Made by a program: the position numbers and the translations under genes. DNA of 64,000 nt, taken from positions 64,001-128,000 of IMG/VR virus record IMGVR_UViG_3300033074_001484; one strand, 5' to 3'. The notes beneath the pieces are model-generated. The model searched no databases, was not told the DNA's origin, and saw nothing but the letters and a program-made list of their open reading frames with translations. Shown here one piece after another: positions 1-8,422 of the stretch; within the stretch, counting starts at the first letter, position 1, and each line of letters starts with the position of its first letter. The stretch comes from a virus. Taxonomy: Duplodnaviria > Caudoviricetes.

Positions 1-371
<371 letters not shown>

Positions 372-394
372 TTAAGTTAATAATCCGTGCCAGT

Positions 395-447
395 GTACAA
401 CAATGGCTATACGGTATTAAAACGACCGTTTAGCCCCATCGTTACCG
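395..447 (+). repeat. attC-like site 1
   Basis: GTACAAC-A...CTATACGG/CCGTTTAG arms...C-GTTACCG. Confidence 0.75.
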
Positions 448-723
448 GCAACGCTTCGACAACACATCATAAATGGACTTCAGTTTGATAGCAGCAAGCC
501 GGTGCTGTTCATTTACCGCAGCCGAACTATCTAACACTTTTCGCCTATCTTTCTTAGGCGTGCTTTTGGAAAACTGCCAATCTTCAGCAAAGCTGCTCGG
601 TGCGTTTCTAATAAGGCTTGCTGCTACCTTCAGTAACTCCGATAGGGCTATATCAACAGCACTGCCGGTAACAGGTGCATTGCTGCTATGTGGGCCGACG
701 GAAGTTGTTTCAACTGTATTCAT
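442..723 (-). CDS. hypothetical cassette protein; starts inside attC-like site 2
   Basis: 93-aa ORF; stop TAA is the TTA of the GTTACC core; ATG lies in the loop of the next site. Confidence 0.55.
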   Translation of the reverse strand: MNTVETTSVGPHSSNAPVTGSAVDIALSELLKVAASLIRNAPSSFAEDWQFSKSTPKKDRRKVLDSSAAVNEQHRLAAIKLKSIYDVLSKRCR

Positions 724-800
724 AAATTTTGCTTTTAGTTCTTAATTTGGGGCTGACGTGCAGGATTGCCCACACAGTCAGCAATGCTTCAACGTTAGCG
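666..800 (+). repeat. attC-like site 2
   Basis: CGGTAAC-A, arms GCATTGCTG..TGTGGGC / GCCCACA..CAGCAATGC, C-GTTAGCG. Confidence 0.8.
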
Positions 801-801
801 G

Positions 802-1215
802 CTATACTACCTGTCCCTTAAAATCTTCACCCCAATGATTATCCAAATCAGCATAGTCCAGTTTGACAAGCCGATTTCCATAATAACCATAGTTTGACAT
901 TGTATCATCACCGCCAAAATGTTTTTTAAACTCTGAAATATCTGTTATCGTTTCCCATTGTTCTCTTGTAATTGGCCTTGCTTTTTTCATAATCAAAATC
1001 CATCCACCCATCGAACACCAAACCACAGGACATAATAAATGAGATGTTCCTTTTTCAAACTTGCCACTATTAAACTTCCACGTTTGGTTTTCACTGATAT
1101 TACCAATTATGCCACGTAGAAAATGAGACCACTGACAAGTAAAGTTTGGTATCTTGACAACCACATTTTTAAACTCAATTACTATTCGTGTAACGCCTTT
1201 ACGATTTATTTTCAA
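802..1215 (-). CDS. minimal protein-kinase-like fold protein (cassette ORF)
   Basis: GVTR..VVVKIP, NxxE, LLCPV, ILIM, D-x4-NYG, KLDY motifs. Confidence 0.55.
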   Translation of the reverse strand: MKINRKGVTRIVIEFKNVVVKIPNFTCQWSHFLRGIIGNISENQTWKFNSGKFEKGTSHLLCPVVWCSMGGWILIMKKARPITREQWETITDISEFKKHFGGDDTMSNYGYYGNRLVKLDYADLDNHWGEDFKGQVV

Positions 1216-1241
1216 AGCTCACTACTGATTACCCGTACAGC

Positions 1242-1373
1242 CGCTAACATGAGTATTTATGTAAGTCGGGCTAACGGTAGTTAATTAATCGTTTTATCTT
1301 TATTCGGCTTTTGTTCAAGCATTGGGCTGACGAACATAAACTCCCGCCCTGCATAAATACCTGTTCGTTAGCA
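1242..1373 (+). repeat. attC-like site 3
   Basis: CGCTAAC-A, arms GTATTTATGTAAGTCGGG / CCCGCCCTGCATAAATAC, C-GTTAGCA. Confidence 0.8.
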
Positions 1374-1379
1374 CCAATA

Positions 1380-1613
1380 CTACGAATGTGCTTCAAAAAC
1401 TTGATTATCTCTTAATCGTATTCGCTCTCTTATAGTTTCGGCTAATCGTTCTACTTCATCAGAATAAGAACAAACAACTGTTCCATCATCCTTTTTTAAA
1501 ACTATCGGCATTGCATTTGCGTACAATTCAAATAATACTTTGAATAGTTCTTTTCTGTGGCTATCATTTAAAATAGCCTCTCTTTGTTTTTGGTAATACT
1601 TTTGGTCTTTCAT
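1380..1613 (-). CDS. hypothetical cassette protein
   Basis: 77-aa ORF bounded by GTTAGCACCA / TGGTGCTAAC. Confidence 0.7.
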   Translation of the reverse strand: MKDQKYYQKQREAILNDSHRKELFKVLFELYANAMPIVLKKDDGTVVCSYSDEVERLAETIRERIRLRDNQVFEAHS

Positions 1614-1648
1614 TCTATTTATATTTTGTTGTTAATAATCCGTACTGG

Positions 1649-1722
1649 TGCTAACAGCACATACACGCTATTTTGCCACGCTCAATCCAACGCTCACAGC
1701 GTGTATCTACAAAACGTTATGT
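1649..1722 (+). repeat. attC-like site 4
   Basis: TGCTAAC-AGCAC, arms ATACACGCT / AGCGTGTAT, AAAAC-GTTATGT. Confidence 0.8.
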
Positions 1723-1815
1723 ATTAGTGGCGGAGGTAGCTTCTCTGTTGTTCGGAATTAGTGTTGGGTTTACAGACCAAATGCAAAACCGAGCTTTAAT
1801 TTATCGCCACCTAAT

Positions 1816-1947
1816 ACATAACATTGTAAGCGTCAGTTGGGGCTATGTGCAGGTAATTACAACTTTTCCCCTATTCGGTTGTACAGGCAGATGGAATTGC
1901 CACCCCCTCGAATACCCAACCGAACGCTTATACAAGTGCCGTTATAG
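1816..1947 (+). repeat. attC-like site 5
   Basis: ACATAAC-A, arms TTGTAAGCGT..GTTGGG / CCCAAC..ACGCTTATACAA, C-GTTATAG. Confidence 0.75.
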
Positions 1948-1953
1948 GTAAGG

Positions 1954-2151
1954 CTATTCTACCACCTTAGAAATTTTTTCAAGTTTGGCATCTAATAATT
2001 GTTTGAAATAGTATTGATGCGTACAGTTTGGATTGGAACATTTTTTTATGTTCACTTCATTTGTTTCACCATCAAATTTATGGGTGGTTAATATTTCACC
2101 TTCATTGCATTTACCACACTTGAAAATGTGAGTGTTGTTTACTTTTGCCAT
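1954..2151 (-). CDS. small zinc-ribbon protein (cassette ORF)
   Basis: CGKC...CSNPNC; bounded by GTTATAGGTA / TACCTATAAC. Confidence 0.65.
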   Translation of the reverse strand: MAKVNNTHIFKCGKCNEGEILTTHKFDGETNEVNIKKCSNPNCTHQYYFKQLLDAKLEKISKVVE

Positions 2152-2178
2152 TCTTTTAAGTTTTGTGAGAAGCCCTAC

Positions 2179-2209
2179 CTATAACAGCACATAGGTAATA
2201 ACGTTATAG
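2179..2209 (+). repeat. attC-like site 6, internally deleted
   Basis: CTATAAC-AGCAC...AAC-GTTATAG spanning only 31 bp; arms lost. Confidence 0.65.
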
Positions 2210-2370
2210 CCAATGCTGAATAACCAACAGGGCTAAAAACATTCCTATAATAATTAACACACCTTTCATCCACCAAAAGGGATTCTCGGTTGTCTTTCTT
2301 TCTCGTTCTAAGTCAATCCACTTGTAATCTGTTTGTTTTTTCATAATTCAAAATTGGTTAAAAGCACTGG

Positions 2371-2414
2371 CTATAACACGGGATAAAACAACTGTTTAGC
2401 CCTGTCCATTATAG
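2371..2414 (+). repeat. attC-like site 7, degenerate
   Basis: CTATAAC-A start; right core mutated to ATTATAG; shortened. Confidence 0.55.
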
Positions 2415-2648
2415 GGCATTTACAATCCCACTTAGCTCATCAATCCAATCTTCGACCATTTTGAAAGCATAATCTCTTTCAGTCCAGTCATTTTTTTCAT
2501 CCCAATTTTTCATCCTTCCCTGTAACTCCTTTAGGAAGTCAAGGTCTCTTTTTGATTGCTCCCACTTTTCCATCTCAAAGTCGGATTTTTGTTTGAAGAC
2601 TACCTGTTTCAAGTCTTCAATTTCAGATTTTAGTTTATCGTTACTCAT
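2409..2648 (-). CDS. hypothetical cassette protein
   Basis: 79-aa ORF whose stop overlaps the degenerate core. Confidence 0.7.
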   Translation of the reverse strand: MSNDKLKSEIEDLKQVVFKQKSDFEMEKWEQSKRDLDFLKELQGRMKNWDEKNDWTERDYAFKMVEDWIDELSGIVNAL

Positions 2649-2939
2649 TTCGTTAAATTGACAATTATTAGTTCCAAAGCCGTCAATTCGTTAAGCACGA
2701 CAAAGAATATAAACCATAAAAACTACTCACTTTTAGCTTTCATATCGTGTTTATACCTTATATAAGAGTTCACAAAAAAGAATAGGCTTGTAAGTAGCCA
2801 AATCCAAGTCGTAAAATCTCTATCGTTTTCAATGTCGTATGCAAATGCAATCCATAGTAACACGCCTATTCCAAATAAAATGTATCTCACGATTCCGTAA
2901 TTTTTACAGGTCCATATTCAAGTCCGTTATGTACAAGCA

Positions 2940-3398
2940 CTACTTATCGTATCCTAAACGAACTGCTGTGTTTCTCATAATGTCGCAAAGCTGTTCAGAT
3001 AATTCAAACCGCCCTTTATTTATCTCAATGGATTTCATTATGTCTCCATCGGCGGTCCTTTCGGCGGCAGCTTTCCAATCGAAGAACATTTCCATCAAAT
3101 CAAATAAATCAAACCCATTTACACCATTTTCGTAATGCTCAGGGTGATGGCTGTTATTTTTGTAATGATGATCAAGGGCTACTTTCAACCCCTTCAAAAA
3201 CTCTTTGTACTCATCACTTCCATAAGTGCAATTTTTAAGTTTAGGCGTGTACTCATCAAATAATTCCTTTTCAGGGCTTTCCAGTTTTGAATTATCATGA
3301 ACATTGGCACGTCTAATCAATTCACTTGCTGCCTCTACCAATAATTGGTTTACTCTTTTGATGTGTAGTAGAGTATCTGCTGTGCTATCGTATTTCAT
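2940..3398 (-). CDS. HD-like metal-binding protein (DUF5662-like; cassette ORF)
   Basis: H..HDNSK..HHYKNNSHHPEH..EMFFDW; bounded by GTTATGTAC (2926) / GTACATAAC (3431). Confidence 0.7.
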   Translation of the reverse strand: MKYDSTADTLLHIKRVNQLLVEAASELIRRANVHDNSKLESPEKELFDEYTPKLKNCTYGSDEYKEFLKGLKVALDHHYKNNSHHPEHYENGVNGFDLFDLMEMFFDWKAAAERTADGDIMKSIEINKGRFELSEQLCDIMRNTAVRLGYDK

Positions 3399-3432
3399 AT
3401 TTATAAATTTTCGTTGTTAAACCCGTGTCAGT

Positions 3433-3494
3433 ACATAACACAGGCTATAAAATCATTTCGTTCCTCAACGCTTCATATACACAAAACGTTAGGC
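3433..3494 (+). repeat. rightmost attC-like site
   Basis: ACATAAC-ACAGG...AAAAC-GTTAGGC. Confidence 0.7.
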
Positions 3495-3595
3495 TTCATT
3501 TGCCCACGCACACAAACCCAACATTTTTCTTTTGACATGTGCCTAAATTTAATGGTTGACAATATACAAAACCATAACATGTGATTAAATGCTTA

Positions 3596-3823
3596 CTATA
3601 TAAAATCTTCAATTTCCGCCTCCCAGTCTATACAATCACCTTCCCGGATATTGTCCATCAACCATTGTAACGCCTCTGGATATTCTGATACGCCGCCAAG
3701 GTGAATGTCATTACCATTTTCATTTGCCTCGTGTATTTGATCATAAACGTCGTTTGGCATTTCGACATCACATAATGTTACTCGGTAGGATATTCTTACC
3801 GTTAAATCTTTTACTGTTGCCAT
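3596..3823 (-). CDS. hypothetical protein
   Basis: 75-aa acidic ORF, co-directional with neighbours. Confidence 0.65.
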   Translation of the reverse strand: MATVKDLTVRISYRVTLCDVEMPNDVYDQIHEANENGNDIHLGGVSEYPEALQWLMDNIREGDCIDWEAEIEDFI

Positions 3824-4013
3824 GCTTTATTCAGTTTTATTGTTGGTAATTTATACGACATAAAGGTTCCACTTTTCTTCAAAGAATTTCCAAAATCTCC
3901 AACAAGGTTCAAAATATCTATCCGATGAAAATTCTTTAACAATTTCCCCAAGGTTTTTCCGGCTATCACATTTTTTGCACGTAATCGATCCATAGCATTT
4001 TGTATTTGGAAAG

Positions 4014-4358
4014 CTACAACATAGCTGATTCAAATTCATCAACTGTGTCAAATCCAATATTAAACCCGATAAATTTTTTACCATCATGCACCAATTCATC
4101 GACACAGCCCTGCGTGTCAACATAGAAAATTTGCTGTCCGGAAAATCCTTCAAGGTTTAAAATTTCAGCAACAACTCGTTCGGCTGAATTTGTTATCGAC
4201 ATACCAACATTGGTATCTTCCAACAGTATAAATGCCGGATTTACAAGTTTTACAGTGTAGTTTTGCATAGCACAATTGAATTTAGCGGAAGTAGTGAGGA
4301 TCGAACTCACACACCAGTTTACCGGTGAACTCGGATTAGCAATCCGGCACTTTACCAT
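4014..4358 (-). CDS. hypothetical protein (true start may be the internal MQNY)
   Basis: SITNSAERVV..FYVDTQG..DEL resembles a small phage protein family. Confidence 0.6.
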   Translation of the reverse strand: MVKCRIANPSSPVNWCVSSILTTSAKFNCAMQNYTVKLVNPAFILLEDTNVGMSITNSAERVVAEILNLEGFSGQQIFYVDTQGCVDELVHDGKKFIGFNIGFDTVDEFESAML

Positions 4359-4377
4359 TCAGTCATACTTCCGAGCA

Positions 4378-4599
4378 TTATCCCCAAACAATACCGTTTA
4401 CACATGCACGGCAACGTTCATCATAGTTATCATCTGCCGCAGTGTATTCAGTTGACCGCCATGTTCGATAAAATCCGGTAGGAACCACGCCGGAACCACC
4501 ACATACCGGGCATTTATGGGGCATCGGCTTAATTCTCGAAGGTTCATACTTCGGCAATCGTGGGGTTAAAGTTTCTTCAACTTCAGTTAGTTTACACAT
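4378..4599 (-). CDS. small DnaJ-type zinc-finger protein
   Basis: CPVCGGSG...CRACVNG. Confidence 0.6.
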   Translation of the reverse strand: MCKLTEVEETLTPRLPKYEPSRIKPMPHKCPVCGGSGVVPTGFYRTWRSTEYTAADDNYDERCRACVNGIVWG

Positions 4600-4633
4600 A
4601 ACATTTGATTTAATTAGTTTAAATAATTCAGTG

Positions 4634-4707
4634 TAGGGATGAGCGGATTTGAACCGCTGACCTTCTTCTTATCAGAAAGATATTCTAACCAACTGAACTA
4701 CATCCCC
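4634..4707 (-). tRNA. tRNA-Ile(GAU)
   Basis: Cloverleaf GGGGATG/CATCCCT, loop CTGATAA, TTCAAAT. Confidence 0.92.
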
Positions 4708-4908
4708 ATTATTTTAATAGTTCCCTTATAAGCAATAACGCACCTATCACGTTAATTATAAGTAGTGCGGTTATTATTGTCACAGCATGTCGCGTGGTCA
4801 TGGTTGAATTTGTTATCATCCCAAATTCTGCCCCTATATTGACCAGCAGTAATTTGATCACTCGTCCAATTACAGTTTTTTGAATCATTCATACCCCTTG
4901 TTTTATTG

Positions 4909-4982
4909 TGGCCCGTGAAGGAATTGAACCTCCAACCTGTTGATTATGAGTCAACTGCTCTAACCTATTGAGCTAACGGACC
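4909..4982 (-). tRNA. tRNA-CAU, probably Ile2 (lysidine type)
   Basis: GGTCCGT/ACGGGCC, loop CTCATAA; body resembles ileX-type tRNAs. Confidence 0.85.
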
Positions 4983-4992
4983 TTAATAAATG

Positions 4993-5064
4993 CGGAGATT
5001 CGGGAATTGAACCCTGCCCTTGTGCTTTTCAGGCACACGCTCTCACCATGTGAGCTAAATCTCC
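4993..5064 (-). tRNA. tRNA-Phe(GAA)
   Basis: GGAGATT/AATCTCC, loop CTGAAAA. Confidence 0.9.
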
Positions 5065-5075
5065 TTGTTAACAAC

Positions 5076-5345
5076 TCAAACTTCTTCTTTTAAACGATCC
5101 ACCATAATATCCCGGCTTTCCCGGTCAATTATAAGTGATCCATCGGCACCTTCACGTGCTACCAATGCAAATGTAAGCATATTACCAACATCATGATGGG
5201 CCGATATTAGAGATTGGTTTAGATATTCTGAATACTCACGTTGCAATTCGTCATATTTAGAATGCCAATATTCAACCTCAGCGGTGAGATTGTCGACCTC
5301 ATTGCATAGTGAAAGAACCGTTCTGTCAAATGCATTTGTTTTCAT
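5076..5345 (-). CDS. hypothetical coiled-coil protein
   Basis: 89-aa ORF. Confidence 0.65.
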   Translation of the reverse strand: MKTNAFDRTVLSLCNEVDNLTAEVEYWHSKYDELQREYSEYLNQSLISAHHDVGNMLTFALVAREGADGSLIIDRESRDIMVDRLKEEV

Positions 5346-5350
5346 CGTAG

Positions 5351-5881
5351 TTATTTTTTACGTAGATTCTTTAGATCATTGTACCGATCTATAAATATCA
5401 TCTTTTGCAATGCCGAGGATGATATATATGGAGGTGTCATATGGTTGTTTAGCAAAAATTTTTCTTCATATTCCAATGCAGCATGGTCCGCAGCTTTCAC
5501 GGCAGGTGGCATGTCATCATCCAATCCAAATTTACGATATATAGCTTTCATCAAACTTTTTTCCAACTCAATGTACTGTGGAAGTTTCTGTTTTATTGGC
5601 GACGGCATATCAGTTAAATATGCTTCAGATGCATCGTGTAGTAATGCATGTAGTCGTATTTCTACCGGTTCATCCTGTACAAATTCTTCGCACCATATTG
5701 AATGTGCGGCAACTGAATAAAATACAGTCGTATGGCCGGAGAATCTGCATGTGTGACTAAGTGCATGTGCAATATCCACGATATTAATATGTTCCGGTTT
5801 AGGATCGAAAACATTTATAAATTTACCTGTAAATGTTTTGATCACACCAAGTTCATAAGCATTTATTTCGGAAATTTTCAT
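5351..5881 (-). CDS. HD-domain phosphohydrolase (YfbR-like 5'-deoxynucleotidase family)
   Basis: DIAHALS..RFSGH..YSVAAHS..LLHDASEAY..D..P.K. Confidence 0.9.
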   Translation of the reverse strand: MKISEINAYELGVIKTFTGKFINVFDPKPEHINIVDIAHALSHTCRFSGHTTVFYSVAAHSIWCEEFVQDEPVEIRLHALLHDASEAYLTDMPSPIKQKLPQYIELEKSLMKAIYRKFGLDDDMPPAVKAADHAALEYEEKFLLNNHMTPPYISSSALQKMIFIDRYNDLKNLRKK

Positions 5882-5901
5882 AATTAAAATTTATATGTGT
5901 A

Positions 5902-6144
5902 TTAATAAGCATGAACTATTGTGCCGCCAACTTGGTGCCCATGTACAAGTATCCCCTGTGCGATATGCCAACGGGTAGAACTGGACCATATCTTACCGGT
6001 CGAATCCACACATGTAATTCTATCGAACGACTTCGATACCAAAATTATTGGTGGTGTGAGTTTTGGAAACTCACAATCCGGGTTGTTGCATATGTCCGAT
6101 GTACAAGACGCCATCAGGCATAATATTAATAACAGTCTCAACAT
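5902..6144 (-). CDS. putative lipoprotein
   Basis: Signal peptide with lipobox MASC. Confidence 0.6.
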   Translation of the reverse strand: MLRLLLILCLMASCTSDICNNPDCEFPKLTPPIILVSKSFDRITCVDSTGKIWSSSTRWHIAQGILVHGHQVGGTIVHAY

Positions 6145-6407
6145 AACTCTAATTTAATTGTGTGTGGTATGATTCGGGTTGCGTTGTACCATACTTCATA
6201 AGGTATTTTCATACAATAATCGCAATCACATGGTTCCGGTTCTAACTCATAAGTACTCCATTGCTCTACATAGAATAATTCCTCAGCAATTATTTTCTTT
6301 TGAGCTAATCTCGCTTTACCTTTACTCGGAATTACTGCTGCGCATATACCGCATTTATCATGACCATGTATTTTTGACGCATTTTTACTCATTCCGTATG
6401 GTCGCAT
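6138..6407 (-). CDS. hypothetical protein
   Basis: 89-aa ORF with CxxC pairs. Confidence 0.55.
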   Translation of the reverse strand: MRPYGMSKNASKIHGHDKCGICAAVIPSKGKARLAQKKIIAEELFYVEQWSTYELEPEPCDCDYCMKIPYEVWYNATRIIPHTIKLELC

Positions 6408-6426
6408 TATTTCTCCTTTTTAATTC

Positions 6427-6519
6427 TGGTGCCTCCGGTAGGACTCGAACCTACAATGTTTACCCTGTGGGACTGGTTTTACAGACCAGTGCGAGACCAA
6501 CCATCCTCGCAGCGTCGGC
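6427..6519 (-). tRNA. tRNA-Tyr(GUA), atypical
   Basis: Loop CTGTAAA, long variable arm, encoded CCA; two acceptor mismatches and a 5-bp D stem. Confidence 0.8.
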
Positions 6520-6584
6520 ATAAAATGGCGGGAGCCATAACCATCCCGCCATTCCGTAAGGTTTCATTACATTGTCTTCTCTTT

Positions 6585-6860
6585 TTAGTTTTTAACTGGA
6601 ACTGGAAAATCAATTGCTGATAAAAGCGTCATCAATCCATAATCGGCTTCTTCCCAAGTATTTCCACGGATTGTGAGACCAAATGTACCAGTACCTAAAC
6701 ATGCTACAAAATTTGGACCGATCAATATCGGCCTTCTTGCCCAAAATTGCTTCAATTCTTTTTTTGAATATTCAAAACTTTGGAAGTGCTGCAAAAACGG
6801 ATACATATCATTATATGATGTAATCGTAATAACTGGTATTCTAACCATTTTAATTATCAT
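6585..6860 (-). CDS. hypothetical protein
   Basis: 91-aa ORF. Confidence 0.5.
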   Translation of the reverse strand: MIIKMVRIPVITITSYNDMYPFLQHFQSFEYSKKELKQFWARRPILIGPNFVACLGTGTFGLTIRGNTWEEADYGLMTLLSAIDFPVPVKN

Positions 6861-6973
6861 TGGTTTGTACTCCTGTCCGGACTCAAATCACATAACCGTT
6901 CTTAGCTGCTGGATTTTAAAAATACCACATGTCTGGCAATTCCACTACAGAAGGATATAACTTAAATTTTTTG

Positions 6974-7000
6974 GGTGTCTAACGGGACTGCTATAGACAC
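6974..7000 (-). pseudogene. collapsed tRNA remnant, probably His
   Basis: GTGTCTA-TAGC fused directly to AGTCCCGT-TAGACAC-C; D loop through T loop deleted; C73. Confidence 0.6.
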
Positions 7001-7002
7001 AG

Positions 7003-7077
7003 TGCCCACAGAGGGACTCGAACCCCCAAAATACCTGTTCCTAAGACAGGCGTGTATTCCAATTCCACCATGTGGGC
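7003..7077 (-). tRNA. tRNA-Leu(UAG) with short variable loop
   Basis: GCCCACA/TGTGGGC, loop CTTAGGA, 75 nt. Confidence 0.88.
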
Positions 7078-7082
7078 AATAA

Positions 7083-7745
7083 TTAATACATTAGTTCCGG
7101 GTCTTGCACAAACCCGTAATTTTTAAGTTTTGCGATTGTTGAACCAGTTGAAATTGAACCAATTTTTTGTATCAACTTAATCATATACTCAGGTGTGATT
7201 TCCCAATTGCGTTTTTGAAATGACATCATCCTGTTGATTAGCTTGTATAAATCTTTCGAGTCAAATCCATCCGCAGGTATAAGCCGTCTCGCCATAATAT
7301 CATCTATAACTGTATATGATGGACATATAATAGTGTTGGTTAAACATCGAACAGCAACTTGATTACATGTTAGATCAAACCCATTTAACAGTGTTAAAAC
7401 ATCATCATCAAGAGTTAACTTGTTTACACTGTCACCTTTATCAATAAATTGTATTTTATATGTTTTAGAATCGTGCTTACACGTGAACTCATCCATTACC
7501 CCTCCACAGCTTCGAGTTAATTTACAATCATATTTGCGGCAAAATTCGTGTATAAGCTGCACATCATTTCTATTGGATGATGTATAAAATACATCAACAT
7601 CGTTATATTGTACCCCCAATATACTATCACGGATTGCGCCACCGGCAACCACTATGGTTTTACTATCTAAGTTACCCAACACAAATGCTAAAAAGTTGTC
7701 AATTTTAACAGTTTGAGGGATGAGCTTATCATACGTTATAAACAT
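7083..7745 (-). CDS. class II nucleotidyltransferase (CCA-adding/poly(A) polymerase head-like)
   Basis: VAGGAIRD..DVDVF..FDLTCNQ. Confidence 0.75.
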   Translation of the reverse strand: MFITYDKLIPQTVKIDNFLAFVLGNLDSKTIVVAGGAIRDSILGVQYNDVDVFYTSSNRNDVQLIHEFCRKYDCKLTRSCGGVMDEFTCKHDSKTYKIQFIDKGDSVNKLTLDDDVLTLLNGFDLTCNQVAVRCLTNTIICPSYTVIDDIMARRLIPADGFDSKDLYKLINRMMSFQKRNWEITPEYMIKLIQKIGSISTGSTIAKLKNYGFVQDPELMY

Positions 7746-7778
7746 ATTATTAAAATTTTATGTGAACAATCAAGTTAG

Positions 7779-7852
7779 TAGTTGTGGATGGATTTGAACC
7801 ACCGACATCCTGTTTGTAAAACAGGTGCTCTGACCCCCTGAGCTACACAACC
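7779..7852 (-). tRNA. tRNA-Val(UAC)
   Basis: GGTTGTG/CACAACT, loop TTTACAA. Confidence 0.9.
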
Positions 7853-7854
7853 AA

Positions 7855-8409
7855 TTAGTTATATTTATCAACTGAAAACTTAAAATGCGGATATTTTCGC
7901 CTTAGTCCCGGAAGTATTATTTTATCAATTATTTGATACAGATTCATGCTCTCAATTCGTTTAAACACCCTAAACACATTTGGATACGATATAAGTGTTT
8001 TAATTACCTGATATTTATCCTTCTCAAAGAATTTTTTGGTAAAAACAATCTCTTTGATATATTTTGATGCCGGGCGTATGCCGTCCCCGAACCGATCACC
8101 CGACCACATCTCTTCTGCCTCGTCCCCCCAATCACTTCCCGGCATACTATGTCCTGCATTGATGGGTTCGGACTTATACACGTCGGACATTTTGTCCCCA
8201 TCCAATGCAATGCGAATAGACATATCTGATCCGATTTTGCGACGAGGGTCAATATGAAATAATTTATCTCGCGTGGTAGATAAACGGTCCTTTCCCCATA
8301 TTAAATCTTGTTGTAATATACGAGGGAGTGCTTCAAACGATGTGAAGTGGTATACGATGCCAACGTGTTTTCGCTCATTTAACAATTGATACAGTTTTGT
8401 TAACTTCAT
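7855..8409 (-). CDS. ADP-ribosyltransferase-fold protein
   Basis: Start moved to MKLTKLYQLLNE because the longer ORF overlaps tRNA-Ser; VYHFT..LSTTRD..DEAEE. Confidence 0.6.
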   Translation of the reverse strand: MKLTKLYQLLNERKHVGIVYHFTSFEALPRILQQDLIWGKDRLSTTRDKLFHIDPRRKIGSDMSIRIALDGDKMSDVYKSEPINAGHSMPGSDWGDEAEEMWSGDRFGDGIRPASKYIKEIVFTKKFFEKDKYQVIKTLISYPNVFRVFKRIESMNLYQIIDKIILPGLRRKYPHFKFSVDKYN

Positions 8410-8422
8410 ATCACTCCAATTG

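Noticed and set aside
1673-1951. 92-aa plus-strand ORF in the cassette array
   Set aside because: Spans two attC-like sites and the gene-less cassette, against the genome's strand bias.
395-3494. CRISPR array interpretation of the repeats
   Set aside because: Repeats vary in length and sequence and are separated by whole ORFs; no constant direct repeat and no cas operon.
3811-4153. Overlapping ORFs 3811..3993 and 3851..4153
   Set aside because: I cannot tell which, if either, is real; no motifs.
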